Origin: an uncultured virus (IMG/VR IMGVR_UViG_2540341247_000004)
Taxonomy: Duplodnaviria > Heunggongvirae > Uroviricota > Caudoviricetes
Reading direction: 5' to 3' (one strand)
DNA: 64,000 bases
IMG/VR virus record: IMGVR_UViG_2540341247_000004
A program made the position numbers and the translations under genes. Under the pieces are notes generated by a model. That model was not told the origin of the DNA. It saw nothing but the letters and a program-made list of their open reading frames with translations, and searched no databases. Positions 20,007-30,228 of the stretch are shown here, in pieces. Position 1 is the first letter of the stretch. Every line of letters begins with the position of its first letter.

Positions 20007-22602
20007 CGGCGGCGGCAAAGGCTCACGGACGGCGTATGATTTTCTGATGACCATTGACTATGGTATTTGCCATGGCCCAGTGGACGCGATCAATTCCGTG
20101 GAATCCAAAGACAAAGTTATTTATGCTGGACCGGCCACGGGTTCCGGCGCGAAGTTCATCAACAAACCGAAAATCTTCGGCGGTGATGATGCCGAAGGCG
20201 GTTTCCAAGGCATCATGGAAATCTACCTTGGCAGCTGGGCGCAACGAATGAGTTATGCCCTTGCCACGCGCTTCTCCAAGACCCCGGACGAGGTTCCGGG
20301 TTATCGCGGCCTGGCCCACATCCTGTTTCGCGGTGGCAACAGTCTTGCGTCCCTGACCCAATATACAGATTGGCTGGGTCAAACCCCCGATTATCTGGAC
20401 TCTTCAAACAATCCCTGGGGATTCGTGGACGAGGCCACTGGGACCTGGAATGTCGGTGGACCTCCTGCCGACTACGAACCTCCCGAACCCCCGGCGATAC
20501 CCGACGGACAGGACACCTACGACGGGGCGTCCATCAACCTCGATACGTCCTTCGGGGAGGACTTCGACAAGCTCGGGCTTCCGGGGACACGGCAGGGGTG
20601 GGTATGGTCGACCAACAATCCCTACATCCCTCAAATCGAAATCAGTGTCACACGCTCACCTGCGGGGCTGGACGCCCCGGCGTTGATCTACCCAATAACC
20701 GGGATAGACGAGGCTGGTGAACGGATCATCGCAGAACCGGGCGACGCCTTCCCTGCACCTGATGAGATCCTGAAATGGGCATTGCCTGACGCGAACCCGG
20801 CTGCGATGCTCTACGAGGTTATGACGAATGACCTCTGGGGGAAGGGTGAGACTCCCGAGGCGATGAACAAGGCCAGCTACGAGGCTGCGGCAGAACGCCT
20901 GGTGATCGAAAACTTCGGCCTGTCCATGCAATGGACCGAAGAAGACAGCTACGAGAAGATCGTTTCCGAAGTCCTCGACCACATCAAAGCCTTTCAATAC
21001 CAAGACCCGGAGACCGGAAAATGGACGCTCAAGTTGCTACGTGGCGACTACGTGGCGGAAGACGCGCCGTTGTTCGATCCGTCAAACTGCCGTGCCACTG
21101 GCATCAAGCGCACCCTCTGGGGTGAAACCGTCAACGAAATCAAAGTCACCTACACCGATCCGGTGACCGAAAAAGACGAAGTGGTGACGGCTCAGAACCT
21201 CGCCAGTATCGCCATCCTGGGCGGCGTCCGCAGCGAGACCCGTCCATATCATGGGGTGCGCAACCCGTGGCTGGCAAAGTGGCTGGCCGAGCGGGATGTA
21301 AACGAGGCGAGTCGCAGCTTGACCAGTGCGACCATCATCGCAAGCCGCGAAGCCTCCAAGATCACACCGGGCCAAGTGATCCGATTTACCTGGCCACATG
21401 AACTGATCGATGAAATGGTCATGCGGGTTGTGTCGGTCAGACCCGGCAACCCGAAGCGCCGGGAAGTCGAATTGAAAGTGCTCGAAGACGTCTACGCGGA
21501 CCCTGACACAAGCGTTGGAATCGTTACACAGCCAAACGATTTCGACACCAGTGATGACAGGCCGCAGGATCTCGACACGACGATGATTATGAGCTTGCCC
21601 ATGCCGTCACTGGTCCAGCAAGGTATCGATCCTGCTGAATTTGACGCGGACTATCCGCGCAGCGTGGTGGCCTTCTTCGCGAACGACCAAGGCTATAATC
21701 CGGTCGACATCCACGCCGTCACCGATGTTGCCACGGGTTCTGATGCAACGAAAAAAGAGTCGGTCGCCATCTTCAATGCCACTGGATTTTCCGTGGTATC
21801 AGTCGAAATGGTTCCGGCCGCCCGATCCGTGATTCCGGGTGACGTGATCGAAGCCATCAGCACCAATTCTTTCCCCGAACCGGGCGAATTCTTCGTGATC
21901 GGGGACTCCGAGGACCGCCATGAAATCATCATGCTGGATTTCTTCGAGCGCGATCTGAACAGATGGATCGTGCGGCGCGGTATGTATGACACGGTGCCTC
22001 AGACATGGACCGCACTGGATCGCATCTGGGCCTATCCTGCATCAAATGCCGAGCTGGACAATCAGGAGCGGCTTGCAGGGGATGAAGTGACTTACAAGTT
22101 CATCCCGTTCACGACCAAGGGGAACCTCTCCCTAGACGACGCGACCGAGCATGAGCATGTGGTTTCAGCACGTCCGAGTCAGCCACACAGACCCGGCAAT
22201 GTCCAAATCGACGGTAACGGGTTCGATGATACCCAGTATCTTGCGGGTGCCTATCCCAGTGACGTCACGATCACCTGGGCGAACCGAAATCGCCTCACAG
22301 AAGACGCGGTGGCACCTCTCTGGACAGATGGCAACATCACACCGGAAGCAGGGCAGGAGACTACTGTGCGGTTCGTGTCGTCGCTGACAGGCGAAGTGGA
22401 CCATACAGTGAGCGGTCTCACGGGAACATCGGTGACCGTGGACACAGACGACTTCCCCACCTTCCGTTTCTACGACGTGGAAGTGGTGGCGACCAGGGAC
22501 GGACTTGAAAGTTTTCGGAAGGTAGTCCGTAAGCTCGAAATCGAGCGACTCGGATATGGCAGCAACTATGGGTTTGACTACGGTCAAAACGACGGAGATT
22601 AA
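19999..22602 (+). CDS. Central tail fibre/tip attachment protein (J-like)
   Basis: GICHGPVD, IFGGDDAEGG, PGYRG, DANPA, LKLLRGDY, NEIKV.YTD, TWANRNR, GYGSNYGFDYG. Confidence 0.88.
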   Translation: MGSGGGKGSRTAYDFLMTIDYGICHGPVDAINSVESKDKVIYAGPATGSGAKFINKPKIFGGDDAEGGFQGIMEIYLGSWAQRMSYALATRFSKTPDEVPGYRGLAHILFRGGNSLASLTQYTDWLGQTPDYLDSSNNPWGFVDEATGTWNVGGPPADYEPPEPPAIPDGQDTYDGASINLDTSFGEDFDKLGLPGTRQGWVWSTNNPYIPQIEISVTRSPAGLDAPALIYPITGIDEAGERIIAEPGDAFPAPDEILKWALPDANPAAMLYEVMTNDLWGKGETPEAMNKASYEAAAERLVIENFGLSMQWTEEDSYEKIVSEVLDHIKAFQYQDPETGKWTLKLLRGDYVAEDAPLFDPSNCRATGIKRTLWGETVNEIKVTYTDPVTEKDEVVTAQNLASIAILGGVRSETRPYHGVRNPWLAKWLAERDVNEASRSLTSATIIASREASKITPGQVIRFTWPHELIDEMVMRVVSVRPGNPKRREVELKVLEDVYADPDTSVGIVTQPNDFDTSDDRPQDLDTTMIMSLPMPSLVQQGIDPAEFDADYPRSVVAFFANDQGYNPVDIHAVTDVATGSDATKKESVAIFNATGFSVVSVEMVPAARSVIPGDVIEAISTNSFPEPGEFFVIGDSEDRHEIIMLDFFERDLNRWIVRRGMYDTVPQTWTALDRIWAYPASNAELDNQERLAGDEVTYKFIPFTTKGNLSLDDATEHEHVVSARPSQPHRPGNVQIDGNGFDDTQYLAGAYPSDVTITWANRNRLTEDAVAPLWTDGNITPEAGQETTVRFVSSLTGEVDHTVSGLTGTSVTVDTDDFPTFRFYDVEVVATRDGLESFRKVVRKLEIERLGYGSNYGFDYGQNDGD

Positions 22603-22603
22603 A

Positions 22604-23272
22604 ATGGCAGGCGAACACACAAGCGGCGGTATCGGAATCGTTTCGGGCTGGACCCTCGGGTCCAATGGTTACAAGGACCAGATGGACCTGAATTTGCTCA
22701 AACTATCCGCACTGGTCCAGGCAACGGCGGTTTCTCGGACGACGACACTTCCCACCAGTCCAGCCGATAAACCCGTGTATATCGTTCCCACGGGCGACAC
22801 CAACGGCGACGACGTGGCGATCTACGAGCCTGACGCGGACACAGACGGGCCGTGGTTCTATTTCACGCCCGTTGAAGGCTGGATCGTCTACTTGCAGGAC
22901 GAAGACTTGCATGTGCGCTTCGACGGAACGAGTTGGCGGGTGTTCGGTGAACCTGATCCTGAGACGCCCACCGAAATTGTCGAGGTCACTGGATCGAACC
23001 GAGACCTTGGTGAAGTGGATTTCTCCGGGGTGCGAGTAATCAACATGACCAATTCGGGCGACAACACCGTGACCATTCCAGCTGGACTGACCGTCACGGA
23101 ACCTGTGCATATCACGCAGGGCGGCTCTGGGCAGACGACCATTGTCCCAGGAATATCCGTGACAGTGCAATCGGCAGACGGCAACCTGGCCCTGCGGTCC
23201 CAGTATTCCATGCTGTCGATTATTCCGATCAGTTCCAATGTCTATCGGGTGGTGGGAGACGTTACGTCATGA
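22604..23272 (+). CDS. Tail fibre adaptor (DUF2793-like)
   Basis: P..PA....YIVP.G, W.Y.TPVEGW.VY..DED....FDG.SW. Confidence 0.7.
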   Translation: MAGEHTSGGIGIVSGWTLGSNGYKDQMDLNLLKLSALVQATAVSRTTTLPTSPADKPVYIVPTGDTNGDDVAIYEPDADTDGPWFYFTPVEGWIVYLQDEDLHVRFDGTSWRVFGEPDPETPTEIVEVTGSNRDLGEVDFSGVRVINMTNSGDNTVTIPAGLTVTEPVHITQGGSGQTTIVPGISVTVQSADGNLALRSQYSMLSIIPISSNVYRVVGDVTS

Positions 23273-23946
23273 ACATGAGAAGCCTGCTGATGGCCTCAGT
23301 GGCGTCCTCGTTTCAAAGCGCCGGCGGTCCCGTCGATCCGCCACCGGCGACTTATACAAGGGCAAAGTGGGAACTTGGTGGTGCGAGTAGCACATACTCC
23401 CTTTCAGGGGACGACTATACTTTCACGACCGGCACCACCAGTGGCTCATACTATGTCATGTCCGATACAATTCTGGACGGTCGAGCGTCTCTAGGCACAT
23501 TCAACAGAATTGGCTTCTACTGGGAATTGGAATTCAGTTTCGCCAGTGACGCATACAATGGGGTCCAGCCGGAAGCGAGCTGGGGCGCGGTTGGTTCCCC
23601 GACGAAACTTTCACTACGGGGGAACGGTCGTTTCTATGTAAACGGCAGTCAATTCTTCGGGTATCCTAACTACAACAGCGGTGGCGATATAGTCATGTTC
23701 TGCTTCAACCCTTTCAATGGCGATTTTTGGGTGGGAGTAAACGGTGTGTGGCATGCCGAGCCGGGGGTAGATGCGCCGAGCGGCGTCGGTGATGCGGGGC
23801 TGAGATGGAAACTTCTCGGGCAATCACGATTCAACACCTACGGGGCAACGCTTCATTCCACACCGGACACCTTCAACTACACCGTGCCCGCCGGCGCAAT
23901 CGCTGTCGGAAAGGAACTGACTGAGGATGACCTGACTCCCCCGTGA
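23269..23946 (+). CDS. Putative receptor-binding protein (SPRY/lectin-like)
   Basis: FYWE....GVQ, GDIVMFC......FWVGVNGVW, FNYTVPAG. Confidence 0.55.
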   Translation: MNMRSLLMASVASSFQSAGGPVDPPPATYTRAKWELGGASSTYSLSGDDYTFTTGTTSGSYYVMSDTILDGRASLGTFNRIGFYWELEFSFASDAYNGVQPEASWGAVGSPTKLSLRGNGRFYVNGSQFFGYPNYNSGGDIVMFCFNPFNGDFWVGVNGVWHAEPGVDAPSGVGDAGLRWKLLGQSRFNTYGATLHSTPDTFNYTVPAGAIAVGKELTEDDLTPP

Positions 23947-24079
23947 TCTGACTGCATCCTTCTGACGACACCGATCATAAATGCGGCCTTTCTTTGGGTC
24001 GCATTTTCACGTTTGAGTTGACTTTCACGTTTGAATTCGTCACTACATATGGGAGTTTTTCAACCTCGGGGCACCAAAA

Positions 24080-24799
24080 ATGGCAATCACCAATTTCAAA
24101 GGTCTCGCCAAGCGTCTCGATGACGTCGATCTTCCTCGCATCGGGCACCGGATCGGCGTGGGCGAGGACGAAATCCATGCAGTCCTGGACGTTGAAACGC
24201 GGGGCGGTGGGTTTTTCTCCGACGGTCGGATCAAGATGCTGCCTGAACGGCACATCTTTTATCGCGAACTCGGGCCGGGTCCGAAGCGCGATGCTGCCGT
24301 TCGTGCGGGCCTCGCATACAAGAGCTGGGGCACCAAGAAATACCCGGTTTCCGCCGACGCCCGGTATACCCTGCTGCGCCAGATGATGGCGATCGACGCG
24401 GACGCCGCGCTGCGCAGCTGTTCGTGGGGCCTGGGTCAGATCATGGGGTTCAACTGCAAGCTGGCGGGATACCCGAGCGCCGCCGCCATGGTGAAAGCGT
24501 TCCGTGATGACGAAGACGTGCATCTGGAAGCCATGGTGGACTTCATCATCAGCACCGGGCTGCATGATGAACTGCGGAACCGTGACTGGGCAGGCTTCGC
24601 GCGTGGCTACAATGGTCCGGGTTACAAGAAGAACCGCTACGACGTGAAACTGGCCGAAGCGTTCGCCAAGTGGCAGCGCATCCCCGATACACCCTGGTCG
24701 CCTGAACGGGCCGAACCGAATCCGAACGAAGGTCTGGGTTTGATCGGCGCGCTGATGCGATTTCTGGATCTCATGTTCAACCGAAAGGCAGGTGCCTGA
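24080..24799 (+). CDS. Endolysin, N-acetylmuramidase (DUF3380)
   Basis: VETRGGGF, ERHIFYR, SCSWGLGQIMGFN, WAGFARGYNGPGY..N.YD.KL. Confidence 0.93.
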   Translation: MAITNFKGLAKRLDDVDLPRIGHRIGVGEDEIHAVLDVETRGGGFFSDGRIKMLPERHIFYRELGPGPKRDAAVRAGLAYKSWGTKKYPVSADARYTLLRQMMAIDADAALRSCSWGLGQIMGFNCKLAGYPSAAAMVKAFRDDEDVHLEAMVDFIISTGLHDELRNRDWAGFARGYNGPGYKKNRYDVKLAEAFAKWQRIPDTPWSPERAEPNPNEGLGLIGALMRFLDLMFNRKAGA

Positions 24800-25053
24800 T
24801 GAACCGTCAACTTCCGACGATGCCCGCGTGGCATGCCCGCAGCTTCTATGCGTCCGCTCTGATGGCGGCTACGGTGCTTTGCAATGTCATCGGGCTTGAC
24901 TTCCTCGCCTTCCTCCAAGGCATGGGCCTGGGTCAGAATGAAGACGAGATCCTGCGCAACGTCGAAATGCTGATGCCCCTGCTGTTCGGCCTGTGGGCAT
25001 GGATCGAGCGACGGGCACCGAACTTCCGCCTTGTTTGGCGGAAGTTGTCGTGA
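24799..25053 (+). CDS. Putative holin (2 TM segments)
   Basis: Two hydrophobic stretches, basic C-terminus, coupled to endolysin. Confidence 0.6.
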   Translation: MNRQLPTMPAWHARSFYASALMAATVLCNVIGLDFLAFLQGMGLGQNEDEILRNVEMLMPLLFGLWAWIERRAPNFRLVWRKLS

Positions 25054-25460
25054 ATCTATTTGCATGGTTGACTGGACCGGTGATCGAGAAGTTCACCGGT
25101 CCCCTGCTACAAGCCTACGACATGCGCTTGCGGGCAGAGAACGACTCCCAGCGACTGGATGCCGAACGCAGCATCGCATCGCTTGAGGCGGCCCGTGACA
25201 TCGCCCTGGCAGAGGCCCACGACCGTTGGAGTGCTACCCGCCTCGGGCGCACCCTGATCGTGGTTCCCTACGGCCTCTGGTGGGCTGCAATCTACCTGGT
25301 CCAGATCGCAAACCCTTGGCTATTCGAACCGCTGTTCGATTTCTCCTTGGTGGTCTACGACGTTCCGCCCGCGATCCATGAGATGGCAAAGTTCCTGGTC
25401 CCGGCAATCGTGCTGGGTGACGCAGGCATCTTCGCCGCCCGAAACCTAAAGAAACGGTGA
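25050..25460 (+). CDS. Membrane protein of lysis cassette (holin-like)
   Basis: Helical N-region plus TM segments; GTG overlaps upstream stop. Confidence 0.55.
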   Translation: MNLFAWLTGPVIEKFTGPLLQAYDMRLRAENDSQRLDAERSIASLEAARDIALAEAHDRWSATRLGRTLIVVPYGLWWAAIYLVQIANPWLFEPLFDFSLVVYDVPPAIHEMAKFLVPAIVLGDAGIFAARNLKKR

Positions 25461-25843
25461 GCGATATGAACAGCGACCAGATTCAGCAAGCGAATACACA
25501 GGCTTTGCTTCGCATGGCAGACTCCATGCACCAGCAAACCCAAGCCTTCACGTCCGCAATGAAGGCCCAGACTGACCAGATCGCCCGCCTTAGCGAGAAG
25601 GTGGACACGATGCAGGCACGGGTCATTCGGTTGGAGGAACAGCGCCACGGCACGGACATTCAGAACATGACGAAGAACATGGAAACTCTGATGACCCGCG
25701 TGGCCGCACTTGAGATCCTGCGGGCCAAGGGTGAGGGGATCGGCATGTTCATGACATGGATGCGTCAGTTCATGCCTTGGCTTGCAGCAATCGCAGTCGC
25801 GGGCCTGATCGCCCTCGGATTTGAATGGAGCGGTGAACCGTGA
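25457..25843 (+). CDS. Coiled-coil protein with C-terminal TM
   Basis: Heptad pattern, WLAAIAVAGLIALGF. Confidence 0.55.
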   Translation: MSDMNSDQIQQANTQALLRMADSMHQQTQAFTSAMKAQTDQIARLSEKVDTMQARVIRLEEQRHGTDIQNMTKNMETLMTRVAALEILRAKGEGIGMFMTWMRQFMPWLAAIAVAGLIALGFEWSGEP

Positions 25844-27027
25844 CAGACACCCCACACATGGACGAGAACCTGCGTCAGTTCGCCAGTGAACGGCAGATCG
25901 CCTACATTGATGCGATCAACCTACACGGCGGCCCAGAGGCCGCAGGGCGCGCACTGGGGGTCTCGGGAGGCACCATCCGCAATTCGGTAGCTCGCCTCAA
26001 GCGCAAGGCAGCTGCGCAGGGCTACTCCCCTGAACACGACATGACCCGAACAGCGCCCGATCCGTTCGTGGTCAAGGGTGTGTCGACCTACTACAACAAG
26101 GAGGGCAAGGCCGCTGGCCAATGGGTCAAGACTCGCATCGACGGGGACCGATGGTTCTCCCTGTTGCATGAGACTGCCGCCGCGTTGGCAGAAGACATCC
26201 CGCCCGCTTCCCCGGTCCAGGTGCCGACTGGCGAACCTTGGTCAGCTGATCTTCTGAACACCTACATCCTGACCGACGTTCATCTGGGGATGTTGGCCTG
26301 GCATGAGGAAGGCGGGGCGAACTGGAACCTCAAGATCGCGGAAAACGTCATCGAACGGTGTTTCCGAATGATGGTGGAAATGGCACCACCCGCCGAGACG
26401 TGCGTTGTCGCGCAGCTGGGCGACTGGTTCCACTTTGACGGTCTGATCCCCCAGACGAACAACAGCGGGCACGTCCTGGACGCGGACACGCGGTTTGCGA
26501 AGGTGATCCGCGCAGGTTATCTGCTTCTGCGCCGATTGGTGAATCACGCCCTGACGAAGCACAAGACCGTGACCTTGCTGCTGTCCGAAGGGAACCACGA
26601 CGAATCGTCGTCACAGTGGCTGCAAGTCATGTTCGAGGCCCTGTATGAATCCGAACCCCGCCTGAACGTCGTGGTGACGCCCAAGCCCTTCTATTCGGTC
26701 GAACACGGGAACGTCTCGTTGTTCTTTCACCACGGTCACAAGAAGCGCCCAGGTGACAAGCTGGCGCTGCTTCTGGCGGCCGAGTTCCGTGAGCTCTGGG
26801 GTCGGACCAAGAAAAGCTATGGTCACACCGGGCACCTTCATACCGAACTTGAACAGGCTTTCCCCGGCATCAAGATCATCCAGCATCCCACGCTTGCAGC
26901 ACGGGATGCCTACGCTTCACGCGAAGGATTTATGAGCGAACGACAAGCGTCTTCGATCACATATCACAAGAATTTTGGGGAGGTTGGCCGGAACGTGGTG
27001 ACGCCCGAAATGGTCAAGGAAGACTGA
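25840..27027 (+). CDS. Calcineurin-like metallophosphoesterase with N-terminal HTH
   Basis: D.H.G, GDWFH.D, GNHD, HHGH and GHLH motifs. Confidence 0.85.
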   Translation: MTDTPHMDENLRQFASERQIAYIDAINLHGGPEAAGRALGVSGGTIRNSVARLKRKAAAQGYSPEHDMTRTAPDPFVVKGVSTYYNKEGKAAGQWVKTRIDGDRWFSLLHETAAALAEDIPPASPVQVPTGEPWSADLLNTYILTDVHLGMLAWHEEGGANWNLKIAENVIERCFRMMVEMAPPAETCVVAQLGDWFHFDGLIPQTNNSGHVLDADTRFAKVIRAGYLLLRRLVNHALTKHKTVTLLLSEGNHDESSSQWLQVMFEALYESEPRLNVVVTPKPFYSVEHGNVSLFFHHGHKKRPGDKLALLLAAEFRELWGRTKKSYGHTGHLHTELEQAFPGIKIIQHPTLAARDAYASREGFMSERQASSITYHKNFGEVGRNVVTPEMVKED

Positions 27028-27028
27028 G

Positions 27029-27322
27029 TTAAACCGCAGACGCGGCAAGCTCAGCGATCTGATGAAAAAAGCCGACGACCAGGCCGTTGTTGCCGATTTC
27101 ATCAGATGTTTCTTCGAGGATCGAGAGTGACGCGAACATCAGAATCGATGGATTATCTCTTTCTGAGATGTATGCCGCAAGATCGTAGGCGTATGCTCGA
27201 CCTAGTTCACAATCCCTGGCGTAGTCTCCGGTCGGTGTTGGTTGCGCGGGCAAGGTCAAACTTGCGGTTGCGTCGAATTCTGATTTGAGATGCTGGTTCA
27301 TTTTTACCTCATGTCCATTCAC
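27029..27322 (-). CDS. Hypothetical protein
   Basis: 97-aa ORF filling the gap; start codon uncertain. Confidence 0.5.
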   Translation of the reverse strand: MNGHEVKMNQHLKSEFDATASLTLPAQPTPTGDYARDCELGRAYAYDLAAYISERDNPSILMFASLSILEETSDEIGNNGLVVGFFHQIAELAASAV

Positions 27323-27334
27323 GATGTTCCCCGG

Positions 27335-28753
27335 TCAACCCAGAAGGTCTTCAAAGTCGGCAGAAGAGTCAGTTTTAGCAGAGGGTTGACCAAGAAGATC
27401 GTGCAACGGCGACTTGTCCGTGCCACCGTAATCCCCAAGAAGATCAATGTCCCCATACTGATTCACTAAAGAGCTTTCACTTTTCACGCAATCGGATTCT
27501 TTCACGTTTAGCGCGAAAAAGCGATCATTGATAAATTCACAATACGCCGGATCGGCTTCCATCAGGATGCAGTCGAATCCCTCTGCCAGTGCGGCCGCCG
27601 CCGTGGTGCCCGTCCCAGCGAACGGATCAAGCACCACGCCTCCCGGCGGTGTGATATGGCGAACCAAGTGGCGGATCAGGCCAATTGGTTTGACTGTCGG
27701 GTGGTTACTTCCGGCCCGATCTTCTTTTCCCGCCTTGCCGTGGTAGAACAGCGGCGGGATCTCGTCATAGTCGAACGAATTGAAGAAGCGCGCCGCAGTC
27801 CCCGTGTCAGCATAGGTCTGGCCGCAGGGTTCACCGCTGCCGCTGGGTTCCCCTGGTTGGGCGAAACCGCCGTCCCGCGTCCCGTTGCATTTGCCGCGCT
27901 TGTCGCCGCCGCCAGTGGCCGGGAACAAGTCAACGACTTCTGGACTCCCGTCATGGAACAGGTTCGCCGGATATCTGCCGTCGGGCTGCGCGAACTCGCC
28001 CGCGCCGCCCCTGACCCAGCTTTTCCGTGCGTCTTCGCCCCACATTTGAGATCGTTCGGTGGGGTTCTTCGCGTAAGCCCCGCCGCCCAATTGTTCGTCG
28101 GTCGGCACCCGGCATCCGTCGATGTTCACCGCGCCCAGTCCGTGGTCCAACAAGTTCTCAGCACCCGTCTTGGTGGCGAAGGGCTTCTGGGCCAGGTAGA
28201 TCGGTTCAAGCGCCGGCTTGTGCGCCCCTGCCCCCAGCTTCCACCCCTGCCACCGTGCGGCCTCTGGAGTCGCCGGGATGTAGCCACCCTTGTCGCCTGC
28301 CTGACCCACATGCCCCAGCTTCTTGTCGATGCTCTTGGCGGCGTCCAGGGCCTTGGGGTAACCCTGCCCGTAGACCCACCCGTGGAAGGGATACATGATG
28401 AACCCTGCCTGTTCCATGGCACACGCCTGCCAGTGTCCCGTGCGGGCGGCCGAGAACGCGAAAACGAAACCGCCCGGTAGCAGGATCTCGTAGATCAGCG
28501 CCCAGAACTCTGGGTCCCGTTCGATCCCGCTTGCGTCCCAGCTCTTGCCCATGAACCCGCCTGACAGGCGCGAGAATGACCCGTCGTTGCCCTCTGTGCG
28601 CGCGGCAGCGGCGTCGCCCTTGCCGAACCTCTTGGCGATGCTCACCAAGCCATACGGCGGGTCTGTGACAACCGAGTGGACGCGCACCCCCTGATCGATC
28701 AGACGCTGGATCGATTCACGGTTGTCGCCCCGGTGCAGCTCGATGTTGCTCAT
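27335..28753 (-). CDS. N6A/N4C DNA methyltransferase (beta class)
   Basis: VVTDPPY, HPTVKP, VLDPFAGTGTT; ATG overlaps upstream TGA. Confidence 0.92.
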   Translation of the reverse strand: MSNIELHRGDNRESIQRLIDQGVRVHSVVTDPPYGLVSIAKRFGKGDAAAARTEGNDGSFSRLSGGFMGKSWDASGIERDPEFWALIYEILLPGGFVFAFSAARTGHWQACAMEQAGFIMYPFHGWVYGQGYPKALDAAKSIDKKLGHVGQAGDKGGYIPATPEAARWQGWKLGAGAHKPALEPIYLAQKPFATKTGAENLLDHGLGAVNIDGCRVPTDEQLGGGAYAKNPTERSQMWGEDARKSWVRGGAGEFAQPDGRYPANLFHDGSPEVVDLFPATGGGDKRGKCNGTRDGGFAQPGEPSGSGEPCGQTYADTGTAARFFNSFDYDEIPPLFYHGKAGKEDRAGSNHPTVKPIGLIRHLVRHITPPGGVVLDPFAGTGTTAAAALAEGFDCILMEADPAYCEFINDRFFALNVKESDCVKSESSLVNQYGDIDLLGDYGGTDKSPLHDLLGQPSAKTDSSADFEDLLG

Positions 28754-29361
28754 GCCCGGACTTCCAGAAACTTGCGGTTCTGAGTCCATCCGGGCAGGTT
28801 GCCGTGCAGATGAGGATTGTCGTATATCACTTCGCCATCCACAGTCTGAAAGCTGTCTGGCGACGCCTGGTGTTCAAACGGTGACCAGTGGTGTTGCTTG
28901 CGCAGACGCTTGGCGAGGTCCAGGTCGAGGCTGATAAGCGGGTCACTCTTGTCATGGTTCAGGTAACTGGACCGCGCGCATCTTGCGGCGCTGATGTCGC
29001 GCAGAATATTGGTATGATATTTCAGACGCTCGATCCAAGTGACCAGGGGCAAGTGCCATTCCCCTGGTTTCAGTTCTTTCGGAAGGCTTTCATTCATCGC
29101 CCGCTGCATCTCGACCGCCAGTGCGCCCGCCTGCATGCCAGGTTGGTTCGATCCCCATTCCACAGGCTCCGCAGCGTCTTCGATCACCCGCCGCAACAAC
29201 CGCATGACAGGCACGGCGCGAGATGAAGAAACCGAATGTGACATGCGCCGGTCCCGAAGAACTTCCGGGTGGATCATTCGAGGGTAGTTCGCGAGGAACG
29301 TGGTGACGCGGACACCAGTAGGCGAAATGCTGTCCTCAAGAATCGTGGCGGAAATGGTCAT
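28750..29361 (-). CDS. thyX: ThyX-like FAD-dependent thymidylate synthase, apparently with an internal deletion
   Basis: DSISP.G.R.TT....YPR.IH.E, SSSRA.P, WG.NQPGMQA, GEWHLP, SAARCAR.SY, H.SPFEHQA; the usual central block seems absent. Confidence 0.75.
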   Translation of the reverse strand: MTISATILEDSISPTGVRVTTFLANYPRMIHPEVLRDRRMSHSVSSSRAVPVMRLLRRVIEDAAEPVEWGSNQPGMQAGALAVEMQRAMNESLPKELKPGEWHLPLVTWIERLKYHTNILRDISAARCARSSYLNHDKSDPLISLDLDLAKRLRKQHHWSPFEHQASPDSFQTVDGEVIYDNPHLHGNLPGWTQNRKFLEVRA

Positions 29362-29588
29362 CCTAACAGGTCCTCGAACTCGCCCAGGTCTGGGGCTATT
29401 GGTTTTTCATCAAGAAGGCCGTTTACGACAAAGGCATCGCGCAGCGATTTGCCTTTCTTCCCGGCGATCCACAGGTAGTGGTTCTTGCGATAGTTGATAC
29501 GGACGCCCTTGGTCTCGGGACGGATCGAAAAGCACTCGATCCCCTGTTCGCGAAGTCGGGCTTCAATGACGGCGAACTCGTCAATCAT
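29358..29588 (-). CDS. Hypothetical protein ending EFEDLLG
   Basis: Coupled ORF in minus-strand operon. Confidence 0.7.
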   Translation of the reverse strand: MIDEFAVIEARLREQGIECFSIRPETKGVRINYRKNHYLWIAGKKGKSLRDAFVVNGLLDEKPIAPDLGEFEDLLG

Positions 29589-29857
29589 CCAAGCAACCCT
29601 TCGAGTGGGTCGGAGGTAGCTTCCATTCTCGAAAGAAGCGACTCGTTCGGCTGCGCAACTGGCCGCGCCCTTCGGGATGCCAGGCGCTTATCGATGGCGT
29701 CCTGCACGGCACCTTCAAATGTCGGGCAGACATCTCCCGTGGTCCATCCGCTCGAGTCTGTGCGCACATTGGCCCGCCAACCGTCGGTAGCGGGGCCAAT
29801 GGTCAGAAACGCGATCTTCGCTTCGACAAGCCTTTGCTCAAGGGATCGGAAATCCAT
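29585..29857 (-). CDS. Hypothetical protein ending DPLEGLLG
   Basis: Coupled ORF in minus-strand operon. Confidence 0.7.
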   Translation of the reverse strand: MDFRSLEQRLVEAKIAFLTIGPATDGWRANVRTDSSGWTTGDVCPTFEGAVQDAIDKRLASRRARPVAQPNESLLSRMEATSDPLEGLLG

Positions 29858-29860
29858 GGC

Positions 29861-30211
29861 TCAACCCAGAAGGTCCATATCGAGGTCGATGCCCCCTTCA
29901 ACGGGATCAGGGGCGATCTCTGACAGGCCCAGGTCCAAATCAAGACCGAGATCCATGTCGAGGTCGGGGCCATCGGTCTGAATCGGTTCCACATCAAGCT
30001 GCGCGTCGACCAGCTCCTTTGTCGTGACAACCCCATCATCCGTGAAAATCAGGCCGGATTCTGTGGCCTTGTTTTCACCGAACGCATCCAGCATTGTGAT
30101 GAAGCTGGTTTTCTGCACTGGGATATCCACCACAACCCCGCCCAGTTCTGCGCGGGCAAGAACGCCGCCTTTGTGCTTGCGGATCGCAGCCCTCAGTTCT
30201 CCGAGTTTCAT
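29861..30211 (-). CDS. Hypothetical protein with acidic (DL)n tail ending DMDLLG
   Basis: AGGAG RBS; fits operon. Confidence 0.75.
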   Translation of the reverse strand: MKLGELRAAIRKHKGGVLARAELGGVVVDIPVQKTSFITMLDAFGENKATESGLIFTDDGVVTTKELVDAQLDVEPIQTDGPDLDMDLGLDLDLGLSEIAPDPVEGGIDLDMDLLG

Positions 30212-30228
30212 TTTTACTTCTCCTGATT

